Numbered from the stretch's first letter, positions 44,166 through 53,204 are shown. The stretch: 64,000 nucleotides of DNA from Acidobacteriota bacterium (GCA_963664705.1 OY761556.1:992001-1056000), one strand, 5' to 3'. The notes: generated from the sequence alone by a model not told the origin. Numbers and translations: made by a program.

Positions 44166-44903
44166 TTATTTCCTCCTTTTCGTGCCTCCCTTTAACTTCT
44201 CTTCTTGCGCTTTGACCGAGGCGCGGTACTCTGCTTGTTTCTGCTTGAAGTACTCCTTTCCCTGTTTTTTCCCCCATGCGGATACGCGGCAATTTGTAGA
44301 ACAAAATTCCTGCGATGATTTGACCTTCAAAAAAAGAGCGTCACAGTTAGGACAAATCTTTATGGGATCATGTGCGAGTAGATCCGGATTCTCGAAATGC
44401 TCCAGGTAATAAACAAGAGCTTCCGCTACATTCCGCAACTGTGCGGATGAGCGTTCGATTCGCCAGGGCTCACCTTCATTCCTTGGAAATAGAAAACATT
44501 GAAGTACTGGACCGTTAAGACACTTCGTTAGAATTTCCGTTTCTTCTGGAAGCCCCACGAAAGAATAAATAGGACCTTTGAAAATAAACTTTTCTCCACG
44601 TGCCTTAGCATCACGTTTCATCTCTTCAATTTTTTTTATGGTTCTTTCCCTGCCAGTTGGGTTCTCAACGTGTTCTCGAAGAATCCTGTAAAGAGCGTCT
44701 AAGTCTGGGATCTGTGATTTCCCTGTTACTGTCACCACTTTAAGGCGCTTGTCTCTTTTGGAAAATGTTCCATCGCGTGGCCCCACCATTTTGTGTGCCT
44801 CAGGCAAACCATGCTTCTTTCCCAATTCAAGATGGGCCATACCCCGCATTAAATTTGCCGCATCACCTTGCATCAACCGAACTGCAACAGCGAAAAGATT
44901 CAT
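44166..44903 (-). CDS. Hypothetical protein with C-terminal CGNR-like zinc finger
   Basis: CPNC...FCSTNCR followed by a basic tail; AAGGAG RBS; coupled to int. Confidence 0.65.
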   Translation of the reverse strand: MNLFAVAVRLMQGDAANLMRGMAHLELGKKHGLPEAHKMVGPRDGTFSKRDKRLKVVTVTGKSQIPDLDALYRILREHVENPTGRERTIKKIEEMKRDAKARGEKFIFKGPIYSFVGLPEETEILTKCLNGPVLQCFLFPRNEGEPWRIERSSAQLRNVAEALVYYLEHFENPDLLAHDPIKICPNCDALFLKVKSSQEFCSTNCRVSAWGKKQGKEYFKQKQAEYRASVKAQEEKLKGGTKRRK

Positions 44904-44924
44904 GATTTATCTCCTTGAAGTGTC

Positions 44925-45015
44925 AATACGGTATGGGACCGTTATGTGTGTGATACCGTATTTACGTATAAAGTATACATTGCGTATTGCGTTGACGCAA
45001 CGTAAAAAGTACTAT
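44925..45015. promoter_or_regulatory. Divergent control region with operator-like inverted repeats
   Basis: AATACGGTAT-N18-ATACCGTATT (44925-44962); TTGCGT-TG-ACGCAA (44987-45000); TTGCGT-N17-TACTAT promoter-like spacing. Confidence 0.55.
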
Positions 45016-45289
45016 GAGCGTCATGAGCTTGGGGATCGAGCCAGGGTACATAACGAAAAGGCACGCGGAGATCTACAGTGATCTGAAATCTAGATCCCTG
45101 GAAGATGCCATCCGCAAAGGCAAGCTGCGGGCCTTCCGGATCGGGAAAAAGACTCTCATCGAAAAAGCATCCCTAGATGACTACATACACCAGCACGAAA
45201 TAACTCCCAAAGATAAGCAGATGGAAAAAAGCGAGCTTCAAGAGATGCTCACGCGTGCCATCGAGCGTGCAAAGAAGGGCATCGCATGA
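45014..45289 (+). CDS. Excisionase/AlpA-like DNA-binding protein
   Basis: AIRKGKLRAFRIGKKTLIEKASLDDYI winged-HTH pattern; first gene of the rightward operon. Confidence 0.8.
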   Translation: MSVMSLGIEPGYITKRHAEIYSDLKSRSLEDAIRKGKLRAFRIGKKTLIEKASLDDYIHQHEITPKDKQMEKSELQEMLTRAIERAKKGIA

Positions 45290-45834
45290 TAGCCCGCTCC
45301 GAGTTGCCATCCATTTCAAGCATCCTGACCGGATTGGGCATCAATCCTAACCAACACGGCCGGACAAAGTGTCCGATTCACCAGGGCGAAAACAAACAGG
45401 CATTCTCATACAACGATGCAAAAGGTCTTTGGTACTGCTTCCGCTGTGGGTTCGGTGGGGACGCTATCGACCTCGTGAAGCGATCCCTGGACGTGGACTT
45501 TGTGGGCGCTCTGCGATGGCTTGGATTGAGTTCTGATTTTATCAAGGCTCCAGATCCGGCCGTGCTGCGCCAATACAGAATCCGAACAGGGCTCAAGAAT
45601 TGGGCTCATGACTTACAGCGTGAACTTCGGGATCAGTTCTATCACAGATCAAAAATTGAAATGAACGGCAAGCGCCGTCTCTTACGGGACCCAGAGGATT
45701 GCATCGGATGGGAACTTCTGTCCGTGGCATACACCGGGATCCCATTCGATGAGCTGGAACGGCGGCTGGACTTGCTGAACGGGACCGATGAACAGCAACT
45801 GGAGATTTTTAGGCAAATGAGGTCGGCTGAATGA
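45286..45834 (+). CDS. CHC2 zinc-finger protein (DnaG-type zinc-binding domain, no TOPRIM)
   Basis: CPIH...WYCFRCGFGGDAIDLV; only 182 aa. Confidence 0.8.
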   Translation: MIARSELPSISSILTGLGINPNQHGRTKCPIHQGENKQAFSYNDAKGLWYCFRCGFGGDAIDLVKRSLDVDFVGALRWLGLSSDFIKAPDPAVLRQYRIRTGLKNWAHDLQRELRDQFYHRSKIEMNGKRRLLRDPEDCIGWELLSVAYTGIPFDELERRLDLLNGTDEQQLEIFRQMRSAE

Positions 45835-46811
45835 AAGCTACAGCGCCTAATCCTTTCGCGGAATTGACGGCCGAAGAAGAAGCGCGACTTGAGCGCGAAG
45901 CTATACAAGCCGAATCTGCCGGACAATTACGTCCCTTTGGGGAGAGGCCTGAAGAACGGAATATTGCGGCCGAAGTCCGCGAATATGTAGCAACGCTTGA
46001 AGGCTCTTTCTCCACTCAACAGCTATACACCGATTTAAGTATCACAAACCGCAAAGACAAAACCTCCGCCCGAGTTGCCTTACACCGAATGCGAGGAAGC
46101 GTCATTGAGACAGAGGGAGATCGGGCCGGATGGTATCGAATCATATCGGATCGGCTGCAAGAGATGGACCTTGAGAACGTCTCAATGGAATCCCTGGATC
46201 TATGGTTGCCGCTTGACCTTCACAACAAAGCATCCGTAATGCCGGGAAATCTGATAGTAATAGCTGGAGGTCCTGACGCTGGGAAAAGCGCATTCCTACT
46301 GAACATCATCAAGCGGAACGTCGATGTTTGGCATTGCCATTACTTCAACTCCGAAATGGGGCCGGAAGAGCTGCGAAAACGGCTGGACCTGTTTGGCAGT
46401 TTCCCGCGCAAGCATAAAAACTTCCATGCTTATGAACGGTCCTCCGATTTTCAGGATGTAATCCGAACGGGCGGACACACACTAAATCTCATCGATTACC
46501 TGGAAGTGACAGACGAATTTTACAAAGTCTCCGCATTGATGTCTGCCATACACCGGAACCTTAACGGCGCTGTGGCAATTGTTGCAATCCAGACAAAGAC
46601 AGGCACTGACATGCCGCTTGGAGGACAGCGGGCGCTTGAAAAGGCTCGGCTGGCCATTGCACTGCGTGCCGGGAATAAGACTGAGCCCAACACGGCAACC
46701 GTTCTCAAATGCAAAAACCGCAAAACGGACCACAGCATGATCGGCAAAACGAGAGCATACAAGCTCATTGGCGGATCGGAATTCAGATGCGACTCACCCG
46801 ACTGGATGTAA
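45831..46811 (+). CDS. RecA/DnaB-like (SF4-type) helicase/ATPase
   Basis: Walker A GGPDAGKS; YFNSEMG; Walker B LIDYL; C-terminal KCKNR. Confidence 0.75.
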   Translation: MKATAPNPFAELTAEEEARLEREAIQAESAGQLRPFGERPEERNIAAEVREYVATLEGSFSTQQLYTDLSITNRKDKTSARVALHRMRGSVIETEGDRAGWYRIISDRLQEMDLENVSMESLDLWLPLDLHNKASVMPGNLIVIAGGPDAGKSAFLLNIIKRNVDVWHCHYFNSEMGPEELRKRLDLFGSFPRKHKNFHAYERSSDFQDVIRTGGHTLNLIDYLEVTDEFYKVSALMSAIHRNLNGAVAIVAIQTKTGTDMPLGGQRALEKARLAIALRAGNKTEPNTATVLKCKNRKTDHSMIGKTRAYKLIGGSEFRCDSPDWM

Positions 46812-46975
46812 CAGATGTAACAGCTTGTAACAGATGTAACAAAAGTAACGCTTTGTAACCGCAATGTAACGACTTTGTAACAGGATGTAACAGTGATTTC
46901 TGATAAGTGGTTGAAAACAAAGGATAGACACCCAAAACGGCAGAACTGGCCTGTTACCTCTCTATATATAAAAAA
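46805..46975. repeat. Iteron array, putative replication origin
   Basis: Nine GTAAC cores at 46808, 46817, 46827, 46836, 46845, 46855, 46866, 46877 and 46887; one inverted copy near 46953; then an AT-rich tract. Confidence 0.8.
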
Positions 46976-47034
46976 CGTGTGTGTAAAGAAGAAGACATGG
47001 CCGCGTTGGAGCGCGGCCGCAAGCGCCGGGGACC

Positions 47035-47220
47035 ATGCCCATGAATAACACCAGCGCGGACAGGAACACAACAAAGACTCAGGAGCGCACACTGGTGCGC
47101 CGTGTCCTATGGAGACGCGGCAGGATCATCGTCTACCAGGACATGAGCGGGCGCTATCTGTGGGCCGATCTCAATGCAGGGAAACAGCGTCCTGCAGTTG
47201 TGAGGGCTCATGCCAGCTAA
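47035..47220 (+). CDS. Small hypothetical protein
   Basis: 61-aa ORF in operon orientation overlapping the HNH start; no recognisable motif. Confidence 0.4.
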   Translation: MPMNNTSADRNTTKTQERTLVRRVLWRRGRIIVYQDMSGRYLWADLNAGKQRPAVVRAHAS

Positions 47221-47617
47221 TCCATTCTATGCAAGCGCAGCATGGAGACGGCTTCGCAAAGCGAAGCTAGCACAGGATCCGCTGTGCCAATACTGCGGTG
47301 AAAAAGCTGCTAGCCAGGTCGATCATGCCTTGAGTATTGAAAACGGCGGTGATCCGTTCGCATGGGAAAATCTTAGATCCGCGTGTGTCGCATGCCATTC
47401 CAGAAAAACCTATTACATCGAGGTCCTGGGCCGGGATCGTGTTCCCGTCAAAGGATGCCGCGCTGACGGCACGCCATTGGATCCCGAACATCATTGGAAC
47501 AGGAATACATCGGCACAGGCTCAAGCTATGAATATCGATCCTGAGCCGTTTAAACGCGAAAAAAATTTGGTAGGTCTGAGCGACATAATCCGGGCGCGCG
47601 TTGAGGAAAAGAGTTAG
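47210..47617 (+). CDS. HNH endonuclease, terminase-associated type
   Basis: FYASAAWRRLR...PLCQYC...VDH...NLRSACVACHSRKT; directly before the terminase. Confidence 0.9.
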   Translation: MPANPFYASAAWRRLRKAKLAQDPLCQYCGEKAASQVDHALSIENGGDPFAWENLRSACVACHSRKTYYIEVLGRDRVPVKGCRADGTPLDPEHHWNRNTSAQAQAMNIDPEPFKREKNLVGLSDIIRARVEEKS

Positions 47618-47620
47618 TTC

Positions 47621-49231
47621 ATGGGACAAAGGGGACCGGGAGCCAAACCAGTAAAGCAGATACGCCGGAAAACGACTTCCCGGAAGAGGTCCGCAAAGAA
47701 GGGCTCCCGCGTGGAACGCGTGATTCGTTTCATCGAATCCCTTCCGATCACTAGCGGGATGCTGGCCGGAAAGAAATTCAAAGTACGGCCGTGGCAGAGA
47801 TCCATTCTTGAGGGAATTTATCGGACAGATGAAAACGGAAAGCGGATTGTGCGTCAGGCGCTCATCACAATGCCGCGAAAGAACGGGAAAACAGGGCTCA
47901 CCGCAGCACTGGCACTCTGTCATTTATGCGGACCTGAAGCAGAGCAACGCGGCCAGGTCTATTCGGCCGCAGCGGATCGGAATCAGGCTGGATTAATCTA
48001 CGAGGAAATGAAGGCAATCATCCGCGAAGTCCCGGAACTGGACCAGCGAATTATCGTTAGGGATTTCACCAAACACCTGGAAGACGTGGAGACGGGCTCC
48101 ATCTACATGGCGCTTTCGGCCGATGCCAAAACGAAGCACGGTTTTTCCGCATCCTGCATCATCTACGATGAATTGGCACAAGCGCCGGACAGACGACTGT
48201 ATGACGTATTGATGACCAGCATGGGCGGACGTGCCGAACCGCTGGCCATCGTGATTAGCACTCAATCGAGCGATCCGCACAGCATCATGACCGAACTGGT
48301 GGACTATGGCGTCCAGGTCCGTGATGGAATCCTCGAAGATTCTGCTTTTTACCCTGTCATCTACACGGCGCCGGAAGACGCGGACCCATGGAACGAGGCT
48401 ACATGGTTCGCGTGCAATCCAGCACTTGGGGATTTTCGTTCGCTTGAGGAAATGAGATCTGCGGCACTCCAGGCGCAGCGCATCCCGGCGCGGGAATCAT
48501 CGTTCCGGCTTTTATACCTAAATCAGCGCGTGTCCGCCGATGCCAGATTCATCAATAAAGCCGATTGGGACTCTTGCGCGGGCGATATCGATATTGAATC
48601 ACTTCGCGGGCGTCCCTGCTATGGCGGGCTGGATCTTTCATCCACAACGGATTTAACCGCGCTGGTTCTCTACTTTCCCGAGGACGGCGGCGCTGTGCTT
48701 CCCTTTTTCTGGGTCCCGGCGGATCGGCTGAGAGAACGCGAACACAGTGACAAAGTACCTTACTGGACTTGGCATCAATCGGGATTCCTGCAAGCGCCAG
48801 CGGGACGGGCAATAGATAAGCAGTTCATCATTCACAAACTGGCAGAACTCGCCAGCACTTTTGATTTCCAGGGTATTGCATACGATCGGTGGCGCTTCGA
48901 GGATTTAAAAAAATTGCTCGAGAATGAAGGTATAGAAATCCCGATCACGCCGTGGGGACAGGGATACCAGGACATGGGGCCCGCCGTCGATGCGATAGAG
49001 ACAGCCATTCTTAATAGAACAATCAAACATGATCGGCATCCTATCTTGACCTGGAATGTCTCCAATGCCGTTGTCGAGATCGATCCTGCGGGCTCGCGCA
49101 AGATCACTAAGGAAAAAAGCATCGAGCGTGTAGACGGGCTTGTGTCGCTTGTAATGGCCGTGGGACTCCACGCCAAAGCGCCTAAACCTATGCAGTATGA
49201 CTTTTCACGGCCGCTAGTGATATCGGCCTAA
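47621..49231 (+). CDS. terL: Terminase large subunit (HK97-like group)
   Basis: PRKNGKT, IIYDELA, GGLDLSSTTDLTA and RVDGLVSL. Confidence 0.95.
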   Translation: MGQRGPGAKPVKQIRRKTTSRKRSAKKGSRVERVIRFIESLPITSGMLAGKKFKVRPWQRSILEGIYRTDENGKRIVRQALITMPRKNGKTGLTAALALCHLCGPEAEQRGQVYSAAADRNQAGLIYEEMKAIIREVPELDQRIIVRDFTKHLEDVETGSIYMALSADAKTKHGFSASCIIYDELAQAPDRRLYDVLMTSMGGRAEPLAIVISTQSSDPHSIMTELVDYGVQVRDGILEDSAFYPVIYTAPEDADPWNEATWFACNPALGDFRSLEEMRSAALQAQRIPARESSFRLLYLNQRVSADARFINKADWDSCAGDIDIESLRGRPCYGGLDLSSTTDLTALVLYFPEDGGAVLPFFWVPADRLREREHSDKVPYWTWHQSGFLQAPAGRAIDKQFIIHKLAELASTFDFQGIAYDRWRFEDLKKLLENEGIEIPITPWGQGYQDMGPAVDAIETAILNRTIKHDRHPILTWNVSNAVVEIDPAGSRKITKEKSIERVDGLVSLVMAVGLHAKAPKPMQYDFSRPLVISA

Positions 49232-49248
49232 CTTTAGAAAGGAACACC

Positions 49249-50550
49249 ATGAGATTGAGTGAGTTGCTTCAGCGCAGAACACAAGTAGTCGCAGAGATGC
49301 GTTCTTTGACCGGCAATCCAGCGGGGGAAGGCGGGGACCTTTCCACCGAACAGACTACAAAATTTGATTCTCTCAAAACGGAACTTGAGGGAATCGAGAA
49401 GCAGATTGAGCGTCAGCAGATCCTTGATGCCGCGGAACGGCGCATGAATGGCGAACAGATTGCCGGAAGCGGGGACGGCAATTTCGATAATCTGTGCCGG
49501 GATTTTTCCCTGACGCGGGCGATTGCTTCAATGATCGAACCGCGTTCAGTGGATGCGGGCCGGGAGATCGAAGCATCAAAGGAGCTAGCACGACGCAGCG
49601 GGAAGACGGCACAAGGAATGTTTGTTCCGCTGAATGCGATTGTAAATGTCGAACGACGGACGCAGACAGTTGCGGCGGATGCCGGGAATCTTGTTCGCAC
49701 GGATGTTCTGGCGGATCAGTTCATCGATGCGCTTCGTCCGGCGACTGTCCTAGGTGCATTGGGCACAAGAATGCTGACCGGACTTCAAAGTGATATCAGC
49801 ATTCCGAAAATGGATGCGCTGACGCCCGCAGCGGAATGGTTGGAAAGCGAAGGCACATCGGCTCTCAGTGGCGGGGACCACTCCTTTACTCATGTTTCGG
49901 GCTCACCGAAAACCGTAGGGCTTTTGACCGAGTGGAGCAGGAAAACTTTGCTGCAAGCCAATCCCTCCATTGAATCCCTTGTCCGCGCTGACTTCACGGC
50001 AAAGCTAGCCGCAGCGGTGGACCTGGCGGGGCTCAATGGAACAGGAGCCAATGGACAACCGAAAGGTATTTTGAGGTATTCCGAGATCAGTACGGAAACC
50101 CTCACAAGCAACGCCGTGGCATGGGCGAATGTCTTGAACATGATTGCGGCCGTCCTGGCGTCTGATGTTCGCGGAGGACGATTTGGCTGGACCTTCAATG
50201 CGTACGTCCAGGCAAATCTGAGGGCAACACCGAAATGGGAAAACGTGACTGAGACGCAGGGATTTTTGATGGATGACCCGAACTCATTGGCGGGCTATCC
50301 GGCACAGATCACAAGCCAGATGCCTGGAAATCCCAAGTCCTCACCCGTAACCAGCGGCACGATTCTTTTCGGGGATTTCAGCCAGGTCATTCTTGCATTT
50401 TGGGGGAACGCTGGCGCGGACATTCTGGTGAATCCCTACGCAGACAGCGTATATGCAAAGGGCAATGTCGCAATACGCGCCTTCACGGAGTGCGACGTTC
50501 TTATCAGGCATCCCGAGGGATTCTGCAAAGCCACGGGGATCACACTGTGA
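49249..50550 (+). CDS. HK97-fold major capsid protein with N-terminal scaffolding (delta) domain
   Basis: Coiled-coil N-terminus; FIDALR, LNGTGANGQPKGI, ILFGDFSQ and RHPEGF; GAAAGGA RBS. Confidence 0.92.
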   Translation: MRLSELLQRRTQVVAEMRSLTGNPAGEGGDLSTEQTTKFDSLKTELEGIEKQIERQQILDAAERRMNGEQIAGSGDGNFDNLCRDFSLTRAIASMIEPRSVDAGREIEASKELARRSGKTAQGMFVPLNAIVNVERRTQTVAADAGNLVRTDVLADQFIDALRPATVLGALGTRMLTGLQSDISIPKMDALTPAAEWLESEGTSALSGGDHSFTHVSGSPKTVGLLTEWSRKTLLQANPSIESLVRADFTAKLAAAVDLAGLNGTGANGQPKGILRYSEISTETLTSNAVAWANVLNMIAAVLASDVRGGRFGWTFNAYVQANLRATPKWENVTETQGFLMDDPNSLAGYPAQITSQMPGNPKSSPVTSGTILFGDFSQVILAFWGNAGADILVNPYADSVYAKGNVAIRAFTECDVLIRHPEGFCKATGITL

Positions 50551-51065
50551 TTTCCCTGGAACGCAGGGCCATAACTGAATTGAGGGCTGCGGGCCGCAAG
50601 CTGGAGGGCTACGCAGCCCGCTTTAACGTCGAAGCGCGGATAGCGGACTTCACCGAAGTGATCCGCGCCGGCGCTTTCGGCGCATCTCTGGCCGGCAGCC
50701 GGGACATTCTGGCGCTTGTCGATCACGATAGAACTCGCGTTCTGGCGCGGACCCGATCCGGCAATCTGAAGCTGGCCGAGGACAACAACGGATTGCAGTT
50801 CGAATTGAGCGTTCCTGATACGACATTCGGAGCGGACATTCTGGAGCTGGCCGAACGCGGGGACCTGGGCGGAATGTCCTTCGCATTCACCGTGCCCAAA
50901 AACGGCGAACGATGGACGGGACGCAAGCGGGAATTGCTGGCCGTGGACCTTCACGAAATCAGCGTAGTGTCCGCATGGCCAGCATATGAAGGGACCGTAG
51001 TCACGCCACGTTCGAAGACTCCGCGTCTTAATCTTCTCACCCGATACCTGGAGACAGTCCGATGA
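50547..51065 (+). CDS. HK97-family prohead protease
   Basis: LEGYAARFN, ALVDHD, GGMSFAF and LHEISVVSAWPAYEGT; GTGA overlap with the capsid stop. Confidence 0.93.
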   Translation: MISLERRAITELRAAGRKLEGYAARFNVEARIADFTEVIRAGAFGASLAGSRDILALVDHDRTRVLARTRSGNLKLAEDNNGLQFELSVPDTTFGADILELAERGDLGGMSFAFTVPKNGERWTGRKRELLAVDLHEISVVSAWPAYEGTVVTPRSKTPRLNLLTRYLETVR

Positions 51066-52234
51066 AACTAATCAAACGAATTGCAGAATGGATGGATCCG
51101 GAGCGCCGGAGTCTTTCAAGCCGGGATCCCGTGCTTGCGCGTGCTCTGGGTGGGCTGGATACAGGTGGACTGCTAGTCAATCCTCGAACAGCCGAGAACT
51201 TATCATGCGTTTTGGCTTGCGTGTCGGCCATTTCTTCCGGGCTGGCGTCCCTTCCTGCGTACGTTTACCAGAGCGTCCAGGGCGGGCGCGTGATCGACGA
51301 TACACACTCAATTTCGCATCTTATCGCAACTGGGCCGAACCAGCATCAAACCTGGGCGGACTGGATTGAGTGGACAATGGCCAGCGTACTGCTTCGCGGA
51401 AACGGCGTTTCCGAGATTGTGACCGACAGATATGGGGCAATTGCCGCGCTCCGTCCTGTCCCCTGGGAATGGGTATCAGTTCAACTGCTTCCGAATGGTC
51501 GATTGGTCTATGACGTTTCCGAGATCACTTCCATCTATGGCGGGACAGGCGGGACCCGGAGACTGTTGCAGGACGAAGTATTTCACCTGCGGGACCGCAC
51601 GGATGATGGATTAATAGGCAAATCCAGGCTCCAGCGGGCTGCGGCCGTGGTAGCCGCGGGGATGTCCATCCAGACTTTCGCCAACGCCCTTTATGAAAAT
51701 GGAGTCAATCCAAGCGGGGCGCTTGAAGTAGACGGAAAACTCAGCACGGAGGGCTATCAGCGATTGGCAACAATGTTCCGTGAAGCCTATGCCGGATCCC
51801 ATCACGCAGCAAAGGCGATGGTATTGGATCAGGGCGTCCACTGGAAACAGATCAGCCTAAATCCCGAGGATGCGGAATTTTTAAACAGTCGGCGCTTCAC
51901 GACTGAGGAGCTGGCCAGGATATTCAACGTCCCTCCCCCTATCATTGGGGATCTTCAATACGGAACATTCTCAAACGTCGAAACACTTTTGCGCTGGTTC
52001 GCGCAGAACACGCTTAGTCCCTGGATAAAAAAGATTGAATCTGAGTTCACCCGAAGCGTATTCGGCGCTTCCCGTGACACGCATCGGCTGGAGATCGATC
52101 TATCAGGGCTCATGCGCGGGGATCCGGCGCAACGCTGGAGTGCATGGAAGATTGCCGTTGAAGCGGGAATCCTGACTCCGAATGAGATACGCCAGGAAGA
52201 GGGCTTCAATCCTTTGCCAGCGCAACCGAATTGA
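51062..52234 (+). CDS. HK97-family portal protein
   Basis: VLACVSAISSGLASLP, LLRGNG, EVFHLR, ELARIFNVPP and LTPNEIRQEEG. Confidence 0.95.
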   Translation: MKLIKRIAEWMDPERRSLSSRDPVLARALGGLDTGGLLVNPRTAENLSCVLACVSAISSGLASLPAYVYQSVQGGRVIDDTHSISHLIATGPNQHQTWADWIEWTMASVLLRGNGVSEIVTDRYGAIAALRPVPWEWVSVQLLPNGRLVYDVSEITSIYGGTGGTRRLLQDEVFHLRDRTDDGLIGKSRLQRAAAVVAAGMSIQTFANALYENGVNPSGALEVDGKLSTEGYQRLATMFREAYAGSHHAAKAMVLDQGVHWKQISLNPEDAEFLNSRRFTTEELARIFNVPPPIIGDLQYGTFSNVETLLRWFAQNTLSPWIKKIESEFTRSVFGASRDTHRLEIDLSGLMRGDPAQRWSAWKIAVEAGILTPNEIRQEEGFNPLPAQPN

Positions 52235-52420
52235 TATTCCCCCGGCCGGGAGGGGCCTTGCCCGTATCGTTCCGGGCGGGGATATTCCCGGCTCCCCCCG
52301 ACCGCAGCGGGCAAATTGCGGAGGGGCCTTCGGCGTGCCTTGCAAACGTAAAGCGCCGACTGACAGGCAGGAACCTGGACGGCGGGCCACCACTTGGAAA
52401 CAAGCCGGAGCCCGCCGAAA
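52235..52420 (+). ncRNA. Candidate structured non-coding RNA or cis element directly after the portal gene
   Basis: Five consecutive hairpins, one capped by a GAAA tetraloop, plus internal direct repeats; strand assumed. Confidence 0.4.
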
Positions 52421-52425
52421 TGCTT

Positions 52426-52602
52426 TTATGCTCGAACGCTTTGTATCCCCTTATAATCAATTTTCTCTTCTTCTTTGGATTTAGCCAATATTTTCTTCTG
52501 CCGTTCGTAGACGGCGGTTATTTTCTTTGGCCCTGCTTTCTTTCCCAAAATATCAGTTACAGTCATTATCAGCAGCATGTCTTTCTCTGTTAAGCCTGAC
52601 AC
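52426..52602 (-). CDS. Small basic protein (58 aa), absent from the ORF track
   Basis: GGAGGAG-N6-GTG; MSGLTEKDMLLIMTVTDILGKKAGPKKITAVYERQKKILAKSKEEEKIDYKGIQSVRA. Confidence 0.6.
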   Translation of the reverse strand: MSGLTEKDMLLIMTVTDILGKKAGPKKITAVYERQKKILAKSKEEEKIDYKGIQSVRA

Positions 52603-52745
52603 GATAGTCTCCTCCAGAGTTGAATTCTAATTTCCTTGATTCGTTAATCAGAAAAGCGTAGAAGAATAGAAACCGCTGAAGCGGGACGCGTACCAGGTGG
52701 TGCTGGCACGGTCCCTGGCCAGCATTTCCTACTTGGAGGAAACAC

Positions 52746-53039
52746 ATGGTTGCGCGAATTCTACCCAAAAGCCTACCTAAATACATTCTGAAAAAAGCGA
52801 ATTCTTTGAACGATGACCGGCTTTCTAAACACGTGGGGAAAGAACCGCACGAGAGACATTTATCGGACGAAGAATTACACGGGATGCTTCAGGATCTTTT
52901 AGATGCTGAGGGCTGGCGTGCATGGAGCGCCGAGTTTAATCTAATCGTCCACCATGATGTATTAGCGAAGGATGTCAAAGAAGCAAAGGATAAGGTGCTG
53001 AAGGTAGTGAAATTCCCGAAACGCAGAAGAAGGAACTGA
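52746..53039 (+). CDS. Hypothetical cargo protein (97 aa)
   Basis: GGAGGA RBS; followed by an intrinsic terminator. Confidence 0.7.
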   Translation: MVARILPKSLPKYILKKANSLNDDRLSKHVGKEPHERHLSDEELHGMLQDLLDAEGWRAWSAEFNLIVHHDVLAKDVKEAKDKVLKVVKFPKRRRRN

Positions 53040-53069
53040 CTGGTATTTGCGTTTTCACCAAAATAAAGG

Positions 53070-53091
53070 GGCTCCTTCGGGAGCCTTTTTT
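53070..53091 (+). terminator. Intrinsic terminator
   Basis: GGCTCC-TTCG-GGAGCC-TTTTTT. Confidence 0.85.
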
Positions 53092-53102
53092 GTTGTGGAA
53101 TT

Positions 53103-53121
53103 GGTTGCGCGGGGGTTGCGG
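53103..53121 (+). repeat. 19-bp direct repeat, right copy; candidate integrase arm site
   Basis: Identical to 43014-43032. Confidence 0.75.
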
Positions 53122-53204
53122 ATTTGCGTTCAAAATGACCCGATAAAGAGTCATCCTGCAATCGCAAATCCGCTAAACTCAATATTCTCAATACCTGTAG
53201 TCAA

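Noticed and set aside
46805-46895. CRISPR array
   Set aside because: Units are 9-11 bp with no unique spacers, and no cas genes are present
52355-52420. Hammerhead ribozyme (CTGA...GAAA)
   Set aside because: The CUGANGA core is not matched (CTGACAG) and the stem arrangement does not fit
52231-52593. Track ORFs over the post-portal tract (52231..52593, 52182..52484, 52206..52460) as head-tail proteins
   Set aside because: Low-complexity Pro/Gly/Arg or Phe-rich translations without RBS or adaptor features; they conflict with the RBS-supported ORF at 52426..52602
52704-52719. Sigma-54 promoter before the cargo gene
   Set aside because: TGGCAC is present but the -12 position reads GG rather than GC
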